DNA of 64,000 nt from an uncultured Actinomycetota bacterium (GCA_963839395.1 CAWIUW010000004.1:37545-101544), one strand, 5' to 3'; shown: positions 1 to 9,935, counted from the stretch's first letter. Notes: generated from the letters alone by a model not told the origin. Translations and numbers: made by a program.

Positions 1-394
1 CGACCCGATGACAGGGGACGAACAGCTCGATCGGGCAGCGCGCGAGCGCGCTGCCCGCCGCGCGGCCGCCGCGGGCCACGCCCGCGGCGGCCGCGACGTC
101 CCCGTAGGTCCACATCTGGCCGTAGGGGATCGTCCGCACGATCTCGAGCACGCGCCGAGGGAATCCCTGGCCCAGTTCCGCCAGGTCGGCGGGCGTCTCG
201 AACGCGCGGAGCGTTCCTTCGAAGTACGCCTCGACCTCGCGCCGGATCGGGGCCGACGCGCGCGGATCCTCGTCCGCGTCGATGTCGGCTGCGCCGGCGT
301 CATCCTCCTCGAAGGACGTCCGCACGACCCCGTCCTCGCCGGAGAAGACCGTGAAAGGACCGAGTGGTGTCTCGATCGTGGTCCGGACCGTCAT
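1..394 (-). CDS. ogt: Methylated-DNA--protein-cysteine methyltransferase (Ogt/MGMT). Partial: the C-terminus runs off the window edge.
   Basis: Minus-strand translation from ATG (revcomp of 392-394) reads MTVRTTIETPLGPF...VLEIVRTIPYGQMWTYGDVAAAAG...PCHRV. The PCHRV active-site motif and winged-helix region are present. Start overlaps the upstream gene stop in an ATGA arrangement. Confidence 0.7.
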   Translation of the reverse strand, partial: MTVRTTIETPLGPFTVFSGEDGVVRTSFEEDDAGAADIDADEDPRASAPIRREVEAYFEGTLRAFETPADLAELGQGFPRRVLEIVRTIPYGQMWTYGDVAAAAGVARGGRAAGSALARCPIELFVPCHRV

Positions 395-1179
395 CAGATG
401 GGAGGCCAGGGGAACGGACGATGATCCTCACCCGGCTCGGGGAACCGCTCGAGGGCGGCCACCTCGGATGCCCGCACCTCGAGGGATTCCAGCTCCGGCG
501 CGGTGAGCAGGTTGGCCAGCTCCTCGCGTACATCACCCTCGTGCACCTGACCCGCGAGTCGGTGGAGGTCCGCCCGCACCTCGTCCTCGAGCGGCTCCCC
601 GATGAAATCCCAGATCACCGTGCGGAGCTTCGGCTCCTCGCTGAAACACACCCCATGGTCGACGACGTAGATCCTGCCGTCCTCCCCGAGCAGGCAATGC
701 CCCGCCTTCCGGTCGGCGTTGTTCACGACGATGTCGAACGCGGCGACGCGGCGGAACTCGGCGGGGAAGCGCTCCGCGAGGGTGAAGTAGTGCTCCTCCG
801 GATCGGAGGGCACGAATCGCTGGACCGAGCCGACGCCGAACGGACCGTCGCGCAAGACGGTGGCGGGGACGTTCGGCCAACCAAGGGTCCGGGCGACGAC
901 GTAGGTCGCGACTTCCCTGGCGCACAGGGTCCCTTCCGGGAAATCCCAGAGGGGGGTCTCACCTCGTCGAGGCTTGTAGACCGCGAGGCCCCGTTCGTCC
1001 CCTCCCGCGCGGGCGAGGAAGGTGTGGTTGGACGCGTTCGGCAACAGCCCGAGGACCTCGAGCTCGCCGGTGGCGAGGACCCGGGGGATGGCGGGATCCG
1101 TCAGTCCCGCTTCGAGTGCCCGTTCATCGCGGGACACGCATGACCCTCCGCGTCGATCGGATTCCCGCAGAACTGGCAC
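394..1179 (-). CDS. SCO1664-family protein (PI3/4-kinase-like fold), the actinobacterial partner of DUF3090.
   Basis: 261-aa ORF with conserved stretches LGxLxNASNxTFLA..AVYKPxxGExPLWDFPxGTL..REVA..H. The start may be internal; the listed start overlaps the DUF3090 gene by about 78 nt. Confidence 0.65.
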   Translation of the reverse strand: MPVLRESDRRGGSCVSRDERALEAGLTDPAIPRVLATGELEVLGLLPNASNHTFLARAGGDERGLAVYKPRRGETPLWDFPEGTLCAREVATYVVARTLGWPNVPATVLRDGPFGVGSVQRFVPSDPEEHYFTLAERFPAEFRRVAAFDIVVNNADRKAGHCLLGEDGRIYVVDHGVCFSEEPKLRTVIWDFIGEPLEDEVRADLHRLAGQVHEGDVREELANLLTAPELESLEVRASEVAALERFPEPGEDHRPFPWPPI

Positions 1180-1631
1180 GTCGGCCGGCCGCGCGCGGCC
1201 ACGGCCGCCCCGTGGCGGGAGAGGGCAAGCATCTGCCCCGGTGATGCCCAGATCCGGATCGACTCGGGCTCCGTTTCGGGGACAGAGGCGAGCGGCTCCT
1301 CGACGTCGAGATCCTCCAGGTCGGGTTGGAACTCCTCGACCTCGAGCAGGAACAGGTCACGGTCCTGGTCGAAGCCGATCGAGAGGCGGCCCGCCCGCCA
1401 TCGCGGGTCCAGAGGTTCCTGGAGTCCCATGGCCGACTCGTCGATCGGCGGCTCGGTCGCCGGTGTGTCCTCGAGCAGCTCCATCACGGACGCCGCGAGC
1501 AACTGCACCTGCTGCTTCTCCACGATCACGGTCACGAGCTCGTTGCCGGCGCGCGCCTGGATGTAGAAGGTGCGCTCGCCCGGCTCGCCCACGGCATCGG
1601 CGGTGATGTGATCGACCGGTCCGAGGTCCAT
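1101..1631 (-). CDS. DUF3090 family protein
   Basis: Start MDLGPVDH...PGERTFYIQAR. C-terminal CxxC...H..C zinc-ribbon-like motif (CQFCGNPIDAEGHAC). Lies 4 nt downstream of the histidine phosphatase stop. Confidence 0.7.
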   Translation of the reverse strand: MDLGPVDHITADAVGEPGERTFYIQARAGNELVTVIVEKQQVQLLAASVMELLEDTPATEPPIDESAMGLQEPLDPRWRAGRLSIGFDQDRDLFLLEVEEFQPDLEDLDVEEPLASVPETEPESIRIWASPGQMLALSRHGAAVAARGRPTCQFCGNPIDAEGHACPAMNGHSKRD

Positions 1632-1635
1632 CGAG

Positions 1636-2337
1636 CTATCCTCGCAGCTTCCTCTCGGGGCCACCCCTTTTCGTGGCGCCACCCCTCTTCGTCGCGCCGT
1701 CCCTCCCGGCCGCGCGGGTCCTCGCCGGCGCCGCGAAGCGTCGGAGGCTCCCCGTGTCGTTCACGAGCAGGATCCGCGGCGCGCCCTCCCCGAGGTGGAC
1801 GACCGAGACCGATCCCGGGTCCGCCATCACCCGCTGGAACTGATCGAGGTGCGCGCCCGTGTAGTGGGCGATCAGCACGCTGACGAGGTCGCCATGCGTG
1901 CCGACGACGACCCGGCCGCGCGGGTGTCGGTGAACGATCCGCTCGACGTCGTCGAGGATCCGTGCCTCGGCGTCGACGAAGCTCTCGCCGCCCGGGAAGG
2001 AGAATCGAGAGGGATTGCGCTGCACCGTATCCCAGAGCTTCGTCCGACGGAGGGAGGGGAGGGTCCGCCCGGTCCAGTCCCCGGCGTCCATCTCGATGAG
2101 GCCGTCGGAGGAGCGGATCTCCAGCCCGCGGGCCTCCGCCAGCGGCTCCATCGTCTCGATGCAGCGTTCCAGCGGGCTGGAGTACAGGGCGGTGAGCCGA
2201 ACGCCATCGAAGCGTTCGACGAGCGCGGCCGCCTGCCGGCGGCCACGCTCGTCCAGATGGATCCCCGGCGTCCGGCCGTACAGCCGAGTGCCCGTCACGG
2301 CCGTCAGGCCGTGACGGATGAGGAAGACGGTCGTCAT
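1636..2337 (-). CDS. Histidine phosphatase family protein (phosphoglycerate-mutase-like)
   Basis: N-terminal RHG catalytic motif (MTTVFLIRHGLT) and downstream GTHGDL. The upstream part of the 473-aa ORF is an Arg/Ser-rich artefact. ATG at 2335-2337 (minus). Confidence 0.75.
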   Translation of the reverse strand: MTTVFLIRHGLTAVTGTRLYGRTPGIHLDERGRRQAAALVERFDGVRLTALYSSPLERCIETMEPLAEARGLEIRSSDGLIEMDAGDWTGRTLPSLRRTKLWDTVQRNPSRFSFPGGESFVDAEARILDDVERIVHRHPRGRVVVGTHGDLVSVLIAHYTGAHLDQFQRVMADPGSVSVVHLGEGAPRILLVNDTGSLRRFAAPARTRAAGRDGATKRGGATKRGGPERKLRG

Positions 2338-2419
2338 CGCGCAGGAGCATACGAGGGTCGACCCCGGCTCCCGGGCCCTCGCTCCCGTATGGGAGCATCG
2401 ACCCGTGGAAGTCAGTCGG

Positions 2420-3949
2420 TTGTCTCGCCACGACGACCGGCCGTTCGCGGTGGTGGACGTCGGCTCGAACTCGGCACGGATGATCGTGTTCCGCCTTCGC
2501 CCGGGCGAGCATCTGGACGTGCTCGAGGATGCGCGGGCGCCGCTCCGCCTCGGCCGAGAGCTGCGTGATGACGACGATCTCGGATCGGAGGCGATCGACC
2601 GAACCATCGAGACCCTCAGGGATTTCAAGGCGGTCGCTGACGGCGTAGGAGCCGACCGCATGATCGCCGTGGCGACGTCCGCCGTCCGCGAGGCTCGCGA
2701 CGGGAAGCGGCTCGTGCGGGAGGCGCTCGCCCTGGGGGTTCCGCTGGAGGTGATCGACGGCGACCTAGAAGCCAGGTTCGGGTTCCTCGGCGCCGTCCAC
2801 GACCTGCCGGTCGTGCACGGCGCCGCGATGGACGTCGGTGGGGGGAGCATGGAGCTCACGAGCTTCCACGACCGGCGGTTCGATCGATCCTGGACGTTCC
2901 CGTTCGGGTCCCTCCGCGTGAGCGATCGGTTCCTCGTATCGGATCCGCCTTCGGAGCGCGAGATGAAGGATCTGCGCAAGGCGGTGGCGGCGGCGCTCGA
3001 ACGATCGGAAGTGCCCTCGCTGGGCGTCTCCGGGCACCTCGTGGGCATCGGCGGCACGGTCCGGAACCTCGCGAAGATGGATCTTCGCCGGACCGATCAT
3101 CCGTTGCCGCTCCTGCATGGTTACGAACTCCGGGAGGAGAACCTCGAGTCGATCATCGAGGACCTCGCGGCTCGCACGATGAAGCGCCGTGCTCGGCTCC
3201 GGGGACTCAACCCCGACCGCGCCGACTCCATCGTGGGGGGTGCGCTCGTCGTGCTCGCCGCGATGCGACACCTCGAGGCGGATCGGGTGGTCGTGTCGAG
3301 TCGAGGACTCCGCGAGGGGCTCGCGCTGGGCGACCCGTCGGTCGTCCCCTCGCCTCGACAGGTGCGCACGATCTCCGCGGCCACGCTCGCTGCTCGGTTC
3401 GCGACGTGGAACGTCACCATCGCCGAGCGCCGGGCATCGCTCGGGGCACAGCTGATCGATGCCCTCGATCCCGATGCCACGACCTTCATCGTGGAGATGC
3501 TCGAGCATGCGGCGACGTTGCTCGACGTGGGGAAGGCGATCGATCACTACGAGCGGTTCGAGCACGCCGCAATGATCGTGACCACGGCGGACCTCGCCGG
3601 ATTCACCCACGAGGCACTGGGCGTCCTGTCCGCGATCCTCCGACACGCCGGCGGGGCGGCGAGTCTCGGGCCGTACGCCCGACTGATCCCGGCCGCCGAC
3701 CGACCAGCGGTCCGTCGGGCGGCCGTCGCGCTCGCCCTCGCGGAGGAGCTCCATCGGCGGATCCCTCCTGGGGAACAGGCGTCGATCACGTGCACATGGC
3801 GAGGTCGATTCGAGGTCGAGGCTCCGGTCCCGGCTCCGTGGCATCCCAGGAGCGTCGCGGATCGGTTCCGAGCGGTCTTCGGAGCCAAGCTCTCCATCGT
3901 CCCGGCGCCGGATCCTGGCCCGATCAACTCGGTGATGTCGCCCGATTAG
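2420..3949 (+). CDS. ppx: Ppx/GppA family exopolyphosphatase / guanosine pentaphosphate phosphohydrolase
   Basis: Motifs AVVDVGSNSARM and GGGSMEL (actin-like ATPase fold of Ppx/GppA). Alternative ATG start at 2318. Divergent from the histidine phosphatase gene. Confidence 0.8.
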   Translation: MSRHDDRPFAVVDVGSNSARMIVFRLRPGEHLDVLEDARAPLRLGRELRDDDDLGSEAIDRTIETLRDFKAVADGVGADRMIAVATSAVREARDGKRLVREALALGVPLEVIDGDLEARFGFLGAVHDLPVVHGAAMDVGGGSMELTSFHDRRFDRSWTFPFGSLRVSDRFLVSDPPSEREMKDLRKAVAAALERSEVPSLGVSGHLVGIGGTVRNLAKMDLRRTDHPLPLLHGYELREENLESIIEDLAARTMKRRARLRGLNPDRADSIVGGALVVLAAMRHLEADRVVVSSRGLREGLALGDPSVVPSPRQVRTISAATLAARFATWNVTIAERRASLGAQLIDALDPDATTFIVEMLEHAATLLDVGKAIDHYERFEHAAMIVTTADLAGFTHEALGVLSAILRHAGGAASLGPYARLIPAADRPAVRRAAVALALAEELHRRIPPGEQASITCTWRGRFEVEAPVPAPWHPRSVADRFRAVFGAKLSIVPAPDPGPINSVMSPD

Positions 3950-3967
3950 ACGGATCGGAACGGTCTC

Positions 3968-5119
3968 TCAGCGGCCGCGCGCGGTGGGCAGCCTCACCCG
4001 GAACGTCGTCCCGCGGCCGAGCTCGCTCTCGACCTCGACGCTGCCTCCATGGTTGTCGACCACATGCTTCACGATCGCGAGCCCGAGCCCCGTGCCACCC
4101 GTCTCGCGGGATCGCGCTCGGTCGACCCGATAGAAGCGCTCGAAGATCCGAGGGATGTCCCGCGACGGGATCCCGATCCCCGTGTCGGTCACTCGAAGCG
4201 TCACCTCTTCGCCGTCGGACTCGACCTCGACGTGCACCTTGTCGCCTTCGTGGCTGTAGCGGATCGCGTTGTCGATGAGGTTGCGAACCAGCAGGGTCAG
4301 ATCCCTCTGGGATCCGCGGACCGGCCGTTCGCGTCCGGCCAGGATCTCCAGGGTGACTCCCGACTGCTCCGCCGACTCTTTCAGCCGGTGTCCCTCCTCT
4401 CGGGCGGCTGCTCCGAGCGAAACGAGCTCGTCGAGCGCGCTCCCGGATTCCAGCCTCGACAGATCGAGGAGGTCGGCCACGATGCGCGAGAGACGGACGG
4501 CCTCGCGCTCGAGCTGCGACGCGAACCGAGGTACCGCAGCGGGATCGTCGGTCGCCGCCTGGCCGAGGGTCTCGGCGACGGCCTGGATGGTGGCGGCGGG
4601 CGTCTTCAGCTCGTGGGAGGCGTTGGCGACGAAGTCGCGTCTCACGTCCTCGAGCCGTCGCTGCTGGGTGACGTCGCGCACGACGACGAGGGTCGCGCCG
4701 TCCGCCGCGGGGGTGATCGTTGCGCGAAGCCAGCGAGGCGGGACCCCGATCTCGACCAGCACGGAGGTGGACTCGTCACGCTCGCGGCTCCGGTAGATCG
4801 CCGTTCGCAGCGCGAGCGGCAACACTTCATCGAGGGAGTCTGGCGTCGAGGGAAGGTGCCGGCCGATGGCGTCGTTCGCGAACGCCACGACGGCGTCTCG
4901 CCCGATGAGCAGTACCCCGTCCTGCATGGTCGACAGGACCAGGTCCCGGGTTCGGCGCCACTCCCGTGCCTCGAGCTGTCGTGCACTCCCCGCGGTTTCG
5001 GCCGCGACGGCCCGTTCCTCCCACGCCCGGGCCGACCGAACGGCTCGCGACATCGCCCAGGAGGCGGCCGCAACGACCGCGAGCGCCACCACGAGGACGA
5101 TCACCGTGACCGCGTCCAC
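3968..5119 (-). CDS. Two-component sensor histidine kinase, SenX3/PhoR-like (TM + PAS + HisKA + HATPase)
   Basis: H-box SHELKTP, then N/G1/G2 boxes (NLIDNAIRY, DTGIGI, GGTGLGLAIV). GTG start at 5117-5119. Divergent from the pst operon. Confidence 0.85.
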   Translation of the reverse strand: MDAVTVIVLVVALAVVAAASWAMSRAVRSARAWEERAVAAETAGSARQLEAREWRRTRDLVLSTMQDGVLLIGRDAVVAFANDAIGRHLPSTPDSLDEVLPLALRTAIYRSRERDESTSVLVEIGVPPRWLRATITPAADGATLVVVRDVTQQRRLEDVRRDFVANASHELKTPAATIQAVAETLGQAATDDPAAVPRFASQLEREAVRLSRIVADLLDLSRLESGSALDELVSLGAAAREEGHRLKESAEQSGVTLEILAGRERPVRGSQRDLTLLVRNLIDNAIRYSHEGDKVHVEVESDGEEVTLRVTDTGIGIPSRDIPRIFERFYRVDRARSRETGGTGLGLAIVKHVVDNHGGSVEVESELGRGTTFRVRLPTARGR

Positions 5120-5159
5120 GCGCGGGAGTGTAGGCGCACGTGCTCCTCGTTCATGAGCC

Positions 5160-5181
5160 GTTCCACCTCAGTTCTTGTTCC
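5160..5181. promoter_or_regulatory. Distal PHO-box-like pair: two 11-nt direct-repeat units (GTTCCACCTCA GTTCTTGTTCC)
   Basis: Units start with GTTC and are spaced 11 nt apart. They lie near the histidine-kinase side of the divergent intergenic region. Confidence 0.35.
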
Positions 5182-5233
5182 GTCCGCCCCGACGGAGAGG
5201 CGGACGCCAACCCCACGACCAGCGAGGACTCGG

Positions 5234-5255
5234 GTTCACCTCGCGTTCACCTTGC
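5234..5255. promoter_or_regulatory. PHO box: tandem 11-nt direct repeats GTTCACCTCGC GTTCACCTTGC (PhoP/RegX3-type operator)
   Basis: Two perfect GTTCACC cores at 5234-5240 and 5245-5251, about 85 nt upstream of the pstS ATG. This matches the actinobacterial PHO-box consensus GTTCACC in 11-nt units. Confidence 0.6.
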
Positions 5256-5337
5256 TGCCGCGGGCCAGCCATCAACCCCACTTAGCATCGCGCCGGGTGT
5301 CCGGAAACCGGTACCCGGAGAACAGGGGAGGGCAAGC

Positions 5338-6365
5338 ATGGTGAAGGGCAAGAAGTGGTTGTCGTGGGCGGCCTGCGCCACGGTGCTCATGATCGTGGCG
5401 ACGGCATGCGGAGGGGACGACGATCCCAACTCGCCGGCGAACACGCCTGAGGGGCTTACCGGATCGATCACGATCTCGGGCTCGTCCACGGTGGAGCCTG
5501 TCTCCTCGCTCGTGGCCCAGCTGTTCAACGAGACGAACCCGGATGTCGAGATCTCGGTCGACGGCCCGGGGACCGGGGACGGCTTCGAGCTGTTCTGCTC
5601 GGGGGAGATCGACATCGCCGATGCCTCGCGCGCGATCGAGGAGGAGGAGGTCACCGCCTGCGAGGACGGCGGGATCGAGTACACGGAGCTCGAGGTGGCC
5701 TTCGACGGGATCACCGTGATGGTGAACGCCGAGAGCGCGCTCGAGTGCCTCACGACGCAGGATCTCTACGCGATCTTCGGTCCGAACTCGGCAGACGTCG
5801 ATTCGACCGGCCAGGCCAACGCGATCTCGGAGCGGGTCGGCGGTGCCGGCACCATGCCAGACCAACCGCTGGAGATCACGGCTCCCGGCGAGGAGTCGGG
5901 GACCTACGATGCGTTCATCGAGCTCTCCGGGATCCCCGACTTCGCGGTCAGGACGGCGTCGCGGAGGACGACTCCGAGGCGCTGCGCGGCGACTACACGG
6001 CTTCGGGGAACGACAACGTGATCATCCAGGCGATGGAGGGCAGCCCGAACGCGATCGGCTTCGTCGGGTTCGCGTTCGCCGAAGAAGCGGGCGACGCGAT
6101 CAAGGAGGTCGGGATCGACGCCGGCGATGGGTGTGTCACGCCGTCGGCGGAGACGATCTCGGACGGCAGCTACCCACTCTCCCGGTCGCTGTACATCTAC
6201 CCCAACACGGCTACGGCCGGAGACGAAGAGGCCGTTCAGGCGTACGTCGACTTCTATCTGACCGATGATGGTCTGACCCTGGCGGTCGAGGAGGCGGGCT
6301 ACATCCCGCTTCCGGACGACCGCAAGCAGGCTACCCGCGATGCGTGGGAGTCTGCAGGCGCATAG
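5338..6365 (+). pseudogene. pstS: Phosphate ABC transporter substrate-binding protein PstS, interrupted by a 1-nt deletion
   Basis: ATG at 5338 with RBS GGGGAGG. Signal peptide plus lipobox (ATACGG). Frame 1 reads through ...GTYDAFIELSGIPDFA (about 5947). The protein then continues in frame 3 (QDGVAEDDSEALRGDYTASGNDNVIIQ...) to the stop at 6365. Shift lies at about 5947-5952. Confidence 0.75.
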
Positions 6366-6444
6366 AGCGAAAGCTGGTTCGGGCTCGGGCGTGACTGAGT
6401 GGCGCCCGAGCCGGATCGGCTCGGCGAAGGGGGTAGGGATCGGT

Positions 6445-7395
6445 ATGGCGTCGATCGCGGCGGAGGCACCCGACCGGATGCTCGCGACGCTCCGGGGAAG
6501 CTCCCGGCGTCGGCGGAGGGAACGCCTGGTCCGGACGCTGCTGGGTGCTGCCGCCGGGCTCTCGGTGGTGATCAGCATCAGCATCGTGCTCGCGTTGATC
6601 TTCCGGACGATCAACTTCGTGTCCAACGTGGAGCTCTCGTCGCTCTGGTCGGGCATCTGGCGACCGAGGCAGGGCGAGTTCGACCTGATCTCCTTGTTCT
6701 ACGGATCCCTTGTCGTCACCGGTATCGCGATGGCAGTCGCTACGCCGCTCGGCCTCGGCGCGGCCGCCTACCTCTCTGAGTACGCGAAGCCGGGCGCGCG
6801 CCGGAAGTTGAAGCCGATCCTCGAGACGCTCGCGGGCGTCCCCAGCGTCGTGATCGGGTTCTTCGCGCTCACGGTGATCAACCCGGTCATCGTGCAAGAC
6901 CTCTTCGGCGCGACGAACACGTTCACGATGATGGCCGCCGGGATCGGCGTCGGGGTCCTCACGATCCCCCTCGTGGCGTCGGTGGCCGAGGACGCGATGT
7001 TCGCCGTGCCGCGCGCGTTGCGCGAAGCGGCCTACGGGATCGGCGCGCGGCGACGGACCGTGACGCTCCGCGTCGTGTTCCCGGCTGCGATCTCGGGGAT
7101 CGTGGCCGCCTTGATCCTGGGGATCTCCCGAGCGGTCGGCGAGACGATGGTGGTGGCGATCGCAGCAGGTGGGTCCGGCAACGCGACGCGCACGTTGAAC
7201 CCCTTCGAGCCGAACCAGACGCTCACCGCGGCGATCGCTTCGCTCGCGATCGGGTCCGACCAGGTGCAGACGAGAGGATCGGGGCTCAACGCCTTCGAGG
7301 CCCTCTACCTCGTGGGCTTCGTCCTGTTCGTGTTCACGCTCCTGCTGAACATCGTGAGCGAGCGCTTCGTGCGGAAGTTCCGGAGGGCCTACTGA
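6445..7395 (+). CDS. pstC: Phosphate ABC transporter permease PstC
   Basis: Six TM segments and the EAA-like loop ...AEDAMFAVPRALREAAYGIGA. ATG at 6445. Stop overlaps the pstA start (ATGA). Confidence 0.85.
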   Translation: MASIAAEAPDRMLATLRGSSRRRRRERLVRTLLGAAAGLSVVISISIVLALIFRTINFVSNVELSSLWSGIWRPRQGEFDLISLFYGSLVVTGIAMAVATPLGLGAAAYLSEYAKPGARRKLKPILETLAGVPSVVIGFFALTVINPVIVQDLFGATNTFTMMAAGIGVGVLTIPLVASVAEDAMFAVPRALREAAYGIGARRRTVTLRVVFPAAISGIVAALILGISRAVGETMVVAIAAGGSGNATRTLNPFEPNQTLTAAIASLAIGSDQVQTRGSGLNAFEALYLVGFVLFVFTLLLNIVSERFVRKFRRAY

Positions 7396-8340
7396 TGGCG
7401 GTCGCCACGCCGACGGCCACCCGGAGCACCGTGGAGCTCGCACTCGCGGGGAGGAGGAGCGACGTCTCCGGCCGGATCTTCTCCGCGCTGTTGCTGCTGT
7501 GCCTGCTCGTCTCGCTCGGCGTGCTGATGGTCCTGCTGGGATCCGTGCTCATCGATGCGTGGCCGGTCCTCTCGGAGCGCGGTTTCGGATTCGTGACAGG
7601 GAACCTGTCGGATTTCGAGAGCCGAGCGGGTGTCTGGCAGGGCTTGATCGGCTCGTTGATCCTGATCGCGTTCGTCGGCGGTGATCGCGGTTCCTCTCGG
7701 GGTCGCCGCCGCGATCTACCTGCAGGAGTACGCCCGCGACACGAGGGCGACCCGGTCGTTGATCGCCAACATCCGGAACCTCGCCGGAGTGCCGTCGATC
7801 GTCTGGGGGATCCTCGGGGTTGTCGTCTTCGCGCAGCTCCTCCGGGGCATCACGGGACCGGACGTGAACGGTCTGAGCTACATCTCGGGAGGGCTGACGC
7901 TCGCCGTGCTCGTGATGCCGTTCCTGATCATCATCACGATGGAGGCGCTCCGGGCCGTTCCTCAGGGGATCCGCGAGGCCGCCTACGGCGTCGGCGCCAC
8001 CCGATGGGAGGTGGTCCGGAGCCACGTCCTGCCGTACGCGGCTCCGGGGGTGTTCACCGGGACGATCCTCGCGCTCGCCCGAGCCTTCGGAGAGGCCGCG
8101 CCGATCCTCCTCGTCGGGGCCGTGACCGGCTATCTCACCCCCGGCGGGGGCGACGGCCTGATCGACACGCTCCAGGGCAAGTACACAGCGCTCCCGACGA
8201 TCATCTACTCATGGTCCAGGAAGCCGGGGGATGAGTGGCCCGCCCTCACGGCGGCCGCGATCGTGGTGTTGCTGGTCGTGATCCTCGTGGTGAACCTCGC
8301 GGCGATCCTGCTGAGGAACCGATATGAGCGGAAGTGGTGA
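7395..8340 (+). pseudogene. pstA: Phosphate ABC transporter permease PstA, interrupted by a 1-nt insertion
   Basis: The N-terminal half is in frame 3 up to ...SLILIAFV (about 7675). The C-terminal half (VIAVPLGVAAAIYLQEYA...EALRAVPQGIREAAYGVGATRWE...) is in frame 1. One extra base lies near 7676-7682. Confidence 0.75.
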
Positions 8341-9217
8341 CGACGTGGATACTAGGACGATGCGAGAGCCGGACCCCACGACCGGCCGGGAGGCCATCGT
8401 GAGCGTCGACACCTCGATGGCGCCGACGCCGAGCACCGACGCTCCGCTGATCTTCGACATCAAGGACCTCTCGGTCTTCTACGGCGACTTCCGCGCTGTG
8501 CGAGATGTCACGATCACGATCCGCGAGCACGAGATCACCGCCCTGATCGGCCCGTCGGGGTGCGGCAAGACCACGTTCCTGCGGTGCCTGAACCGGATGA
8601 ACGACCTGATCGAGGGAGCGCGGGTGGAGGGCACACTCCTGTACCACGGGGTCGACCTGTACGACGAACGGGTCGACCCGGTCGAGGTGCGTCGACGGAT
8701 CGGGATGGTGTTCCAGAAGCCCAACCCGTTCCCGAAGTCGATCTACGACAACGTCGCCTTCGGTCCGAGGATCGCCGGCTTCAAGGGCAACATGGACGAT
8801 CTGGTCGAGGAGTCCCTGCACCGGGCGGCGCTGTGGGACGAGGTGAGGAAGAAGATCAAGGACTCGGCCATGGCGCTCTCGGGCGGCCAGCAGCAGCGCC
8901 TCTGCATCGCGCGCGCGATCGCCACGAAGCCGGACGTGATCCTCATGGACGAGCCGTGCTCCTCTCTCGACCCGATCGCCACGTCGAAGATCGAGGACCT
9001 GATGCGCGACCTCGTGTCCGAGTACACGATCGTGATCGTGACGCACAACATGCAGCAGGCGGCGCGGGTCTCCGACCGTACGGCCTTCTTCACCGTGGAC
9101 GTGGCCGAGGACGGTCATCGCACCGGGCACATCGTGGAGTTCGATCGCACGGAAGCCATCTTCACGAATCCCTCGGACCGGCGAACCGAGGACTACGTGA
9201 CGGGAAGGTTCGGATGA
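8324..9217 (+). CDS. pstB: Phosphate ABC transporter ATP-binding protein PstB
   Basis: Walker [10 protein letters not shown], signature LSGGQQQR and Walker B ILMDEP. Overlaps the pstA end and the phoU start. Confidence 0.9.
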   Translation: MSGSGDDVDTRTMREPDPTTGREAIVSVDTSMAPTPSTDAPLIFDIKDLSVFYGDFRAVRDVTITIREHEITALIGPSGCGKTTFLRCLNRMNDLIEGARVEGTLLYHGVDLYDERVDPVEVRRRIGMVFQKPNPFPKSIYDNVAFGPRIAGFKGNMDDLVEESLHRAALWDEVRKKIKDSAMALSGGQQQRLCIARAIATKPDVILMDEPCSSLDPIATSKIEDLMRDLVSEYTIVIVTHNMQQAARVSDRTAFFTVDVAEDGHRTGHIVEFDRTEAIFTNPSDRRTEDYVTGRFG

Positions 9218-9906
9218 CGCGGGAACACTTCCATGAGCAACTCGAACGCGTCGAGCTCGAATTGCTCTCGATGGGCGAGTTGGCGTCGACCGCGATCCAA
9301 CGCTCGGTCGAAGCACTGGTGCAACACGACACCGAGGCGGCGGAAGCCGTGATCCGGGGCGACGATGCGATCGACGAGATCTACCTCCGTATCGACAGCG
9401 GTGTGCTGGAGATGCTCGCCCTGCAGTCACCGGTCGCAACCGAGCTCCGCCTCGTCTCGGCGATCCTGCACAGTTGCCTCCACCTCGAGCGGATCGGGGA
9501 CCAGGCGGTCAACATCGCCAAGCACTACCTCGCGACGCAGGATCTGCCGCCGAGCCAGACCCTCTTGCTCCAGCTCGAGGAGATGGGGGTGCACGTCGTC
9601 ACGATGATCCGATCCGCGATGGAGGCGTTCCGGACGCGCGACCTCGAGCTGTGCCTGAAGTTGCCGAAGATGGACGATCCGGTCGATCGCCTCAACCGAG
9701 CGACGCACCTCGAAGCGCTCAAGTTGGCCGACGATCCGAGGTCGCTCGACTGGGGACTCCACATGAACCTCGCGGCGCGGGCGCTCGAGCGGGTCGGTGA
9801 CAACGCCGTGGACATCGGGGAGCAGGTCGGATTCCTCATCACCGGGGAGTTCCGTGAGTTCACGGATGCCTCGCACGACGTTCCGGATGTGGGTGGTGAC
9901 ATCTGA
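9214..9906 (+). CDS. phoU: Phosphate signalling complex protein PhoU
   Basis: Two PhoU repeats with metal-binding motifs ([22 protein letters not shown]). ATG at 9214 inside the longer spurious ORF. Confidence 0.85.
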   Translation: MTREHFHEQLERVELELLSMGELASTAIQRSVEALVQHDTEAAEAVIRGDDAIDEIYLRIDSGVLEMLALQSPVATELRLVSAILHSCLHLERIGDQAVNIAKHYLATQDLPPSQTLLLQLEEMGVHVVTMIRSAMEAFRTRDLELCLKLPKMDDPVDRLNRATHLEALKLADDPRSLDWGLHMNLAARALERVGDNAVDIGEQVGFLITGEFREFTDASHDVPDVGGDI

Positions 9907-9935
9907 GCGCCGACGAACCCCTGACGCAGATCCTG

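Noticed and set aside
8-424. 138-aa plus-strand ORF at the window start
   Set aside because: Opposite strand of a clear ogt gene (PCHRV active site present). Arg/Ala-rich.
8560-9213. N-terminal 218 codons of the 448-aa ORF containing phoU
   Set aside because: Out-of-frame read-through across pstB. The genuine phoU starts at ATG 9214.
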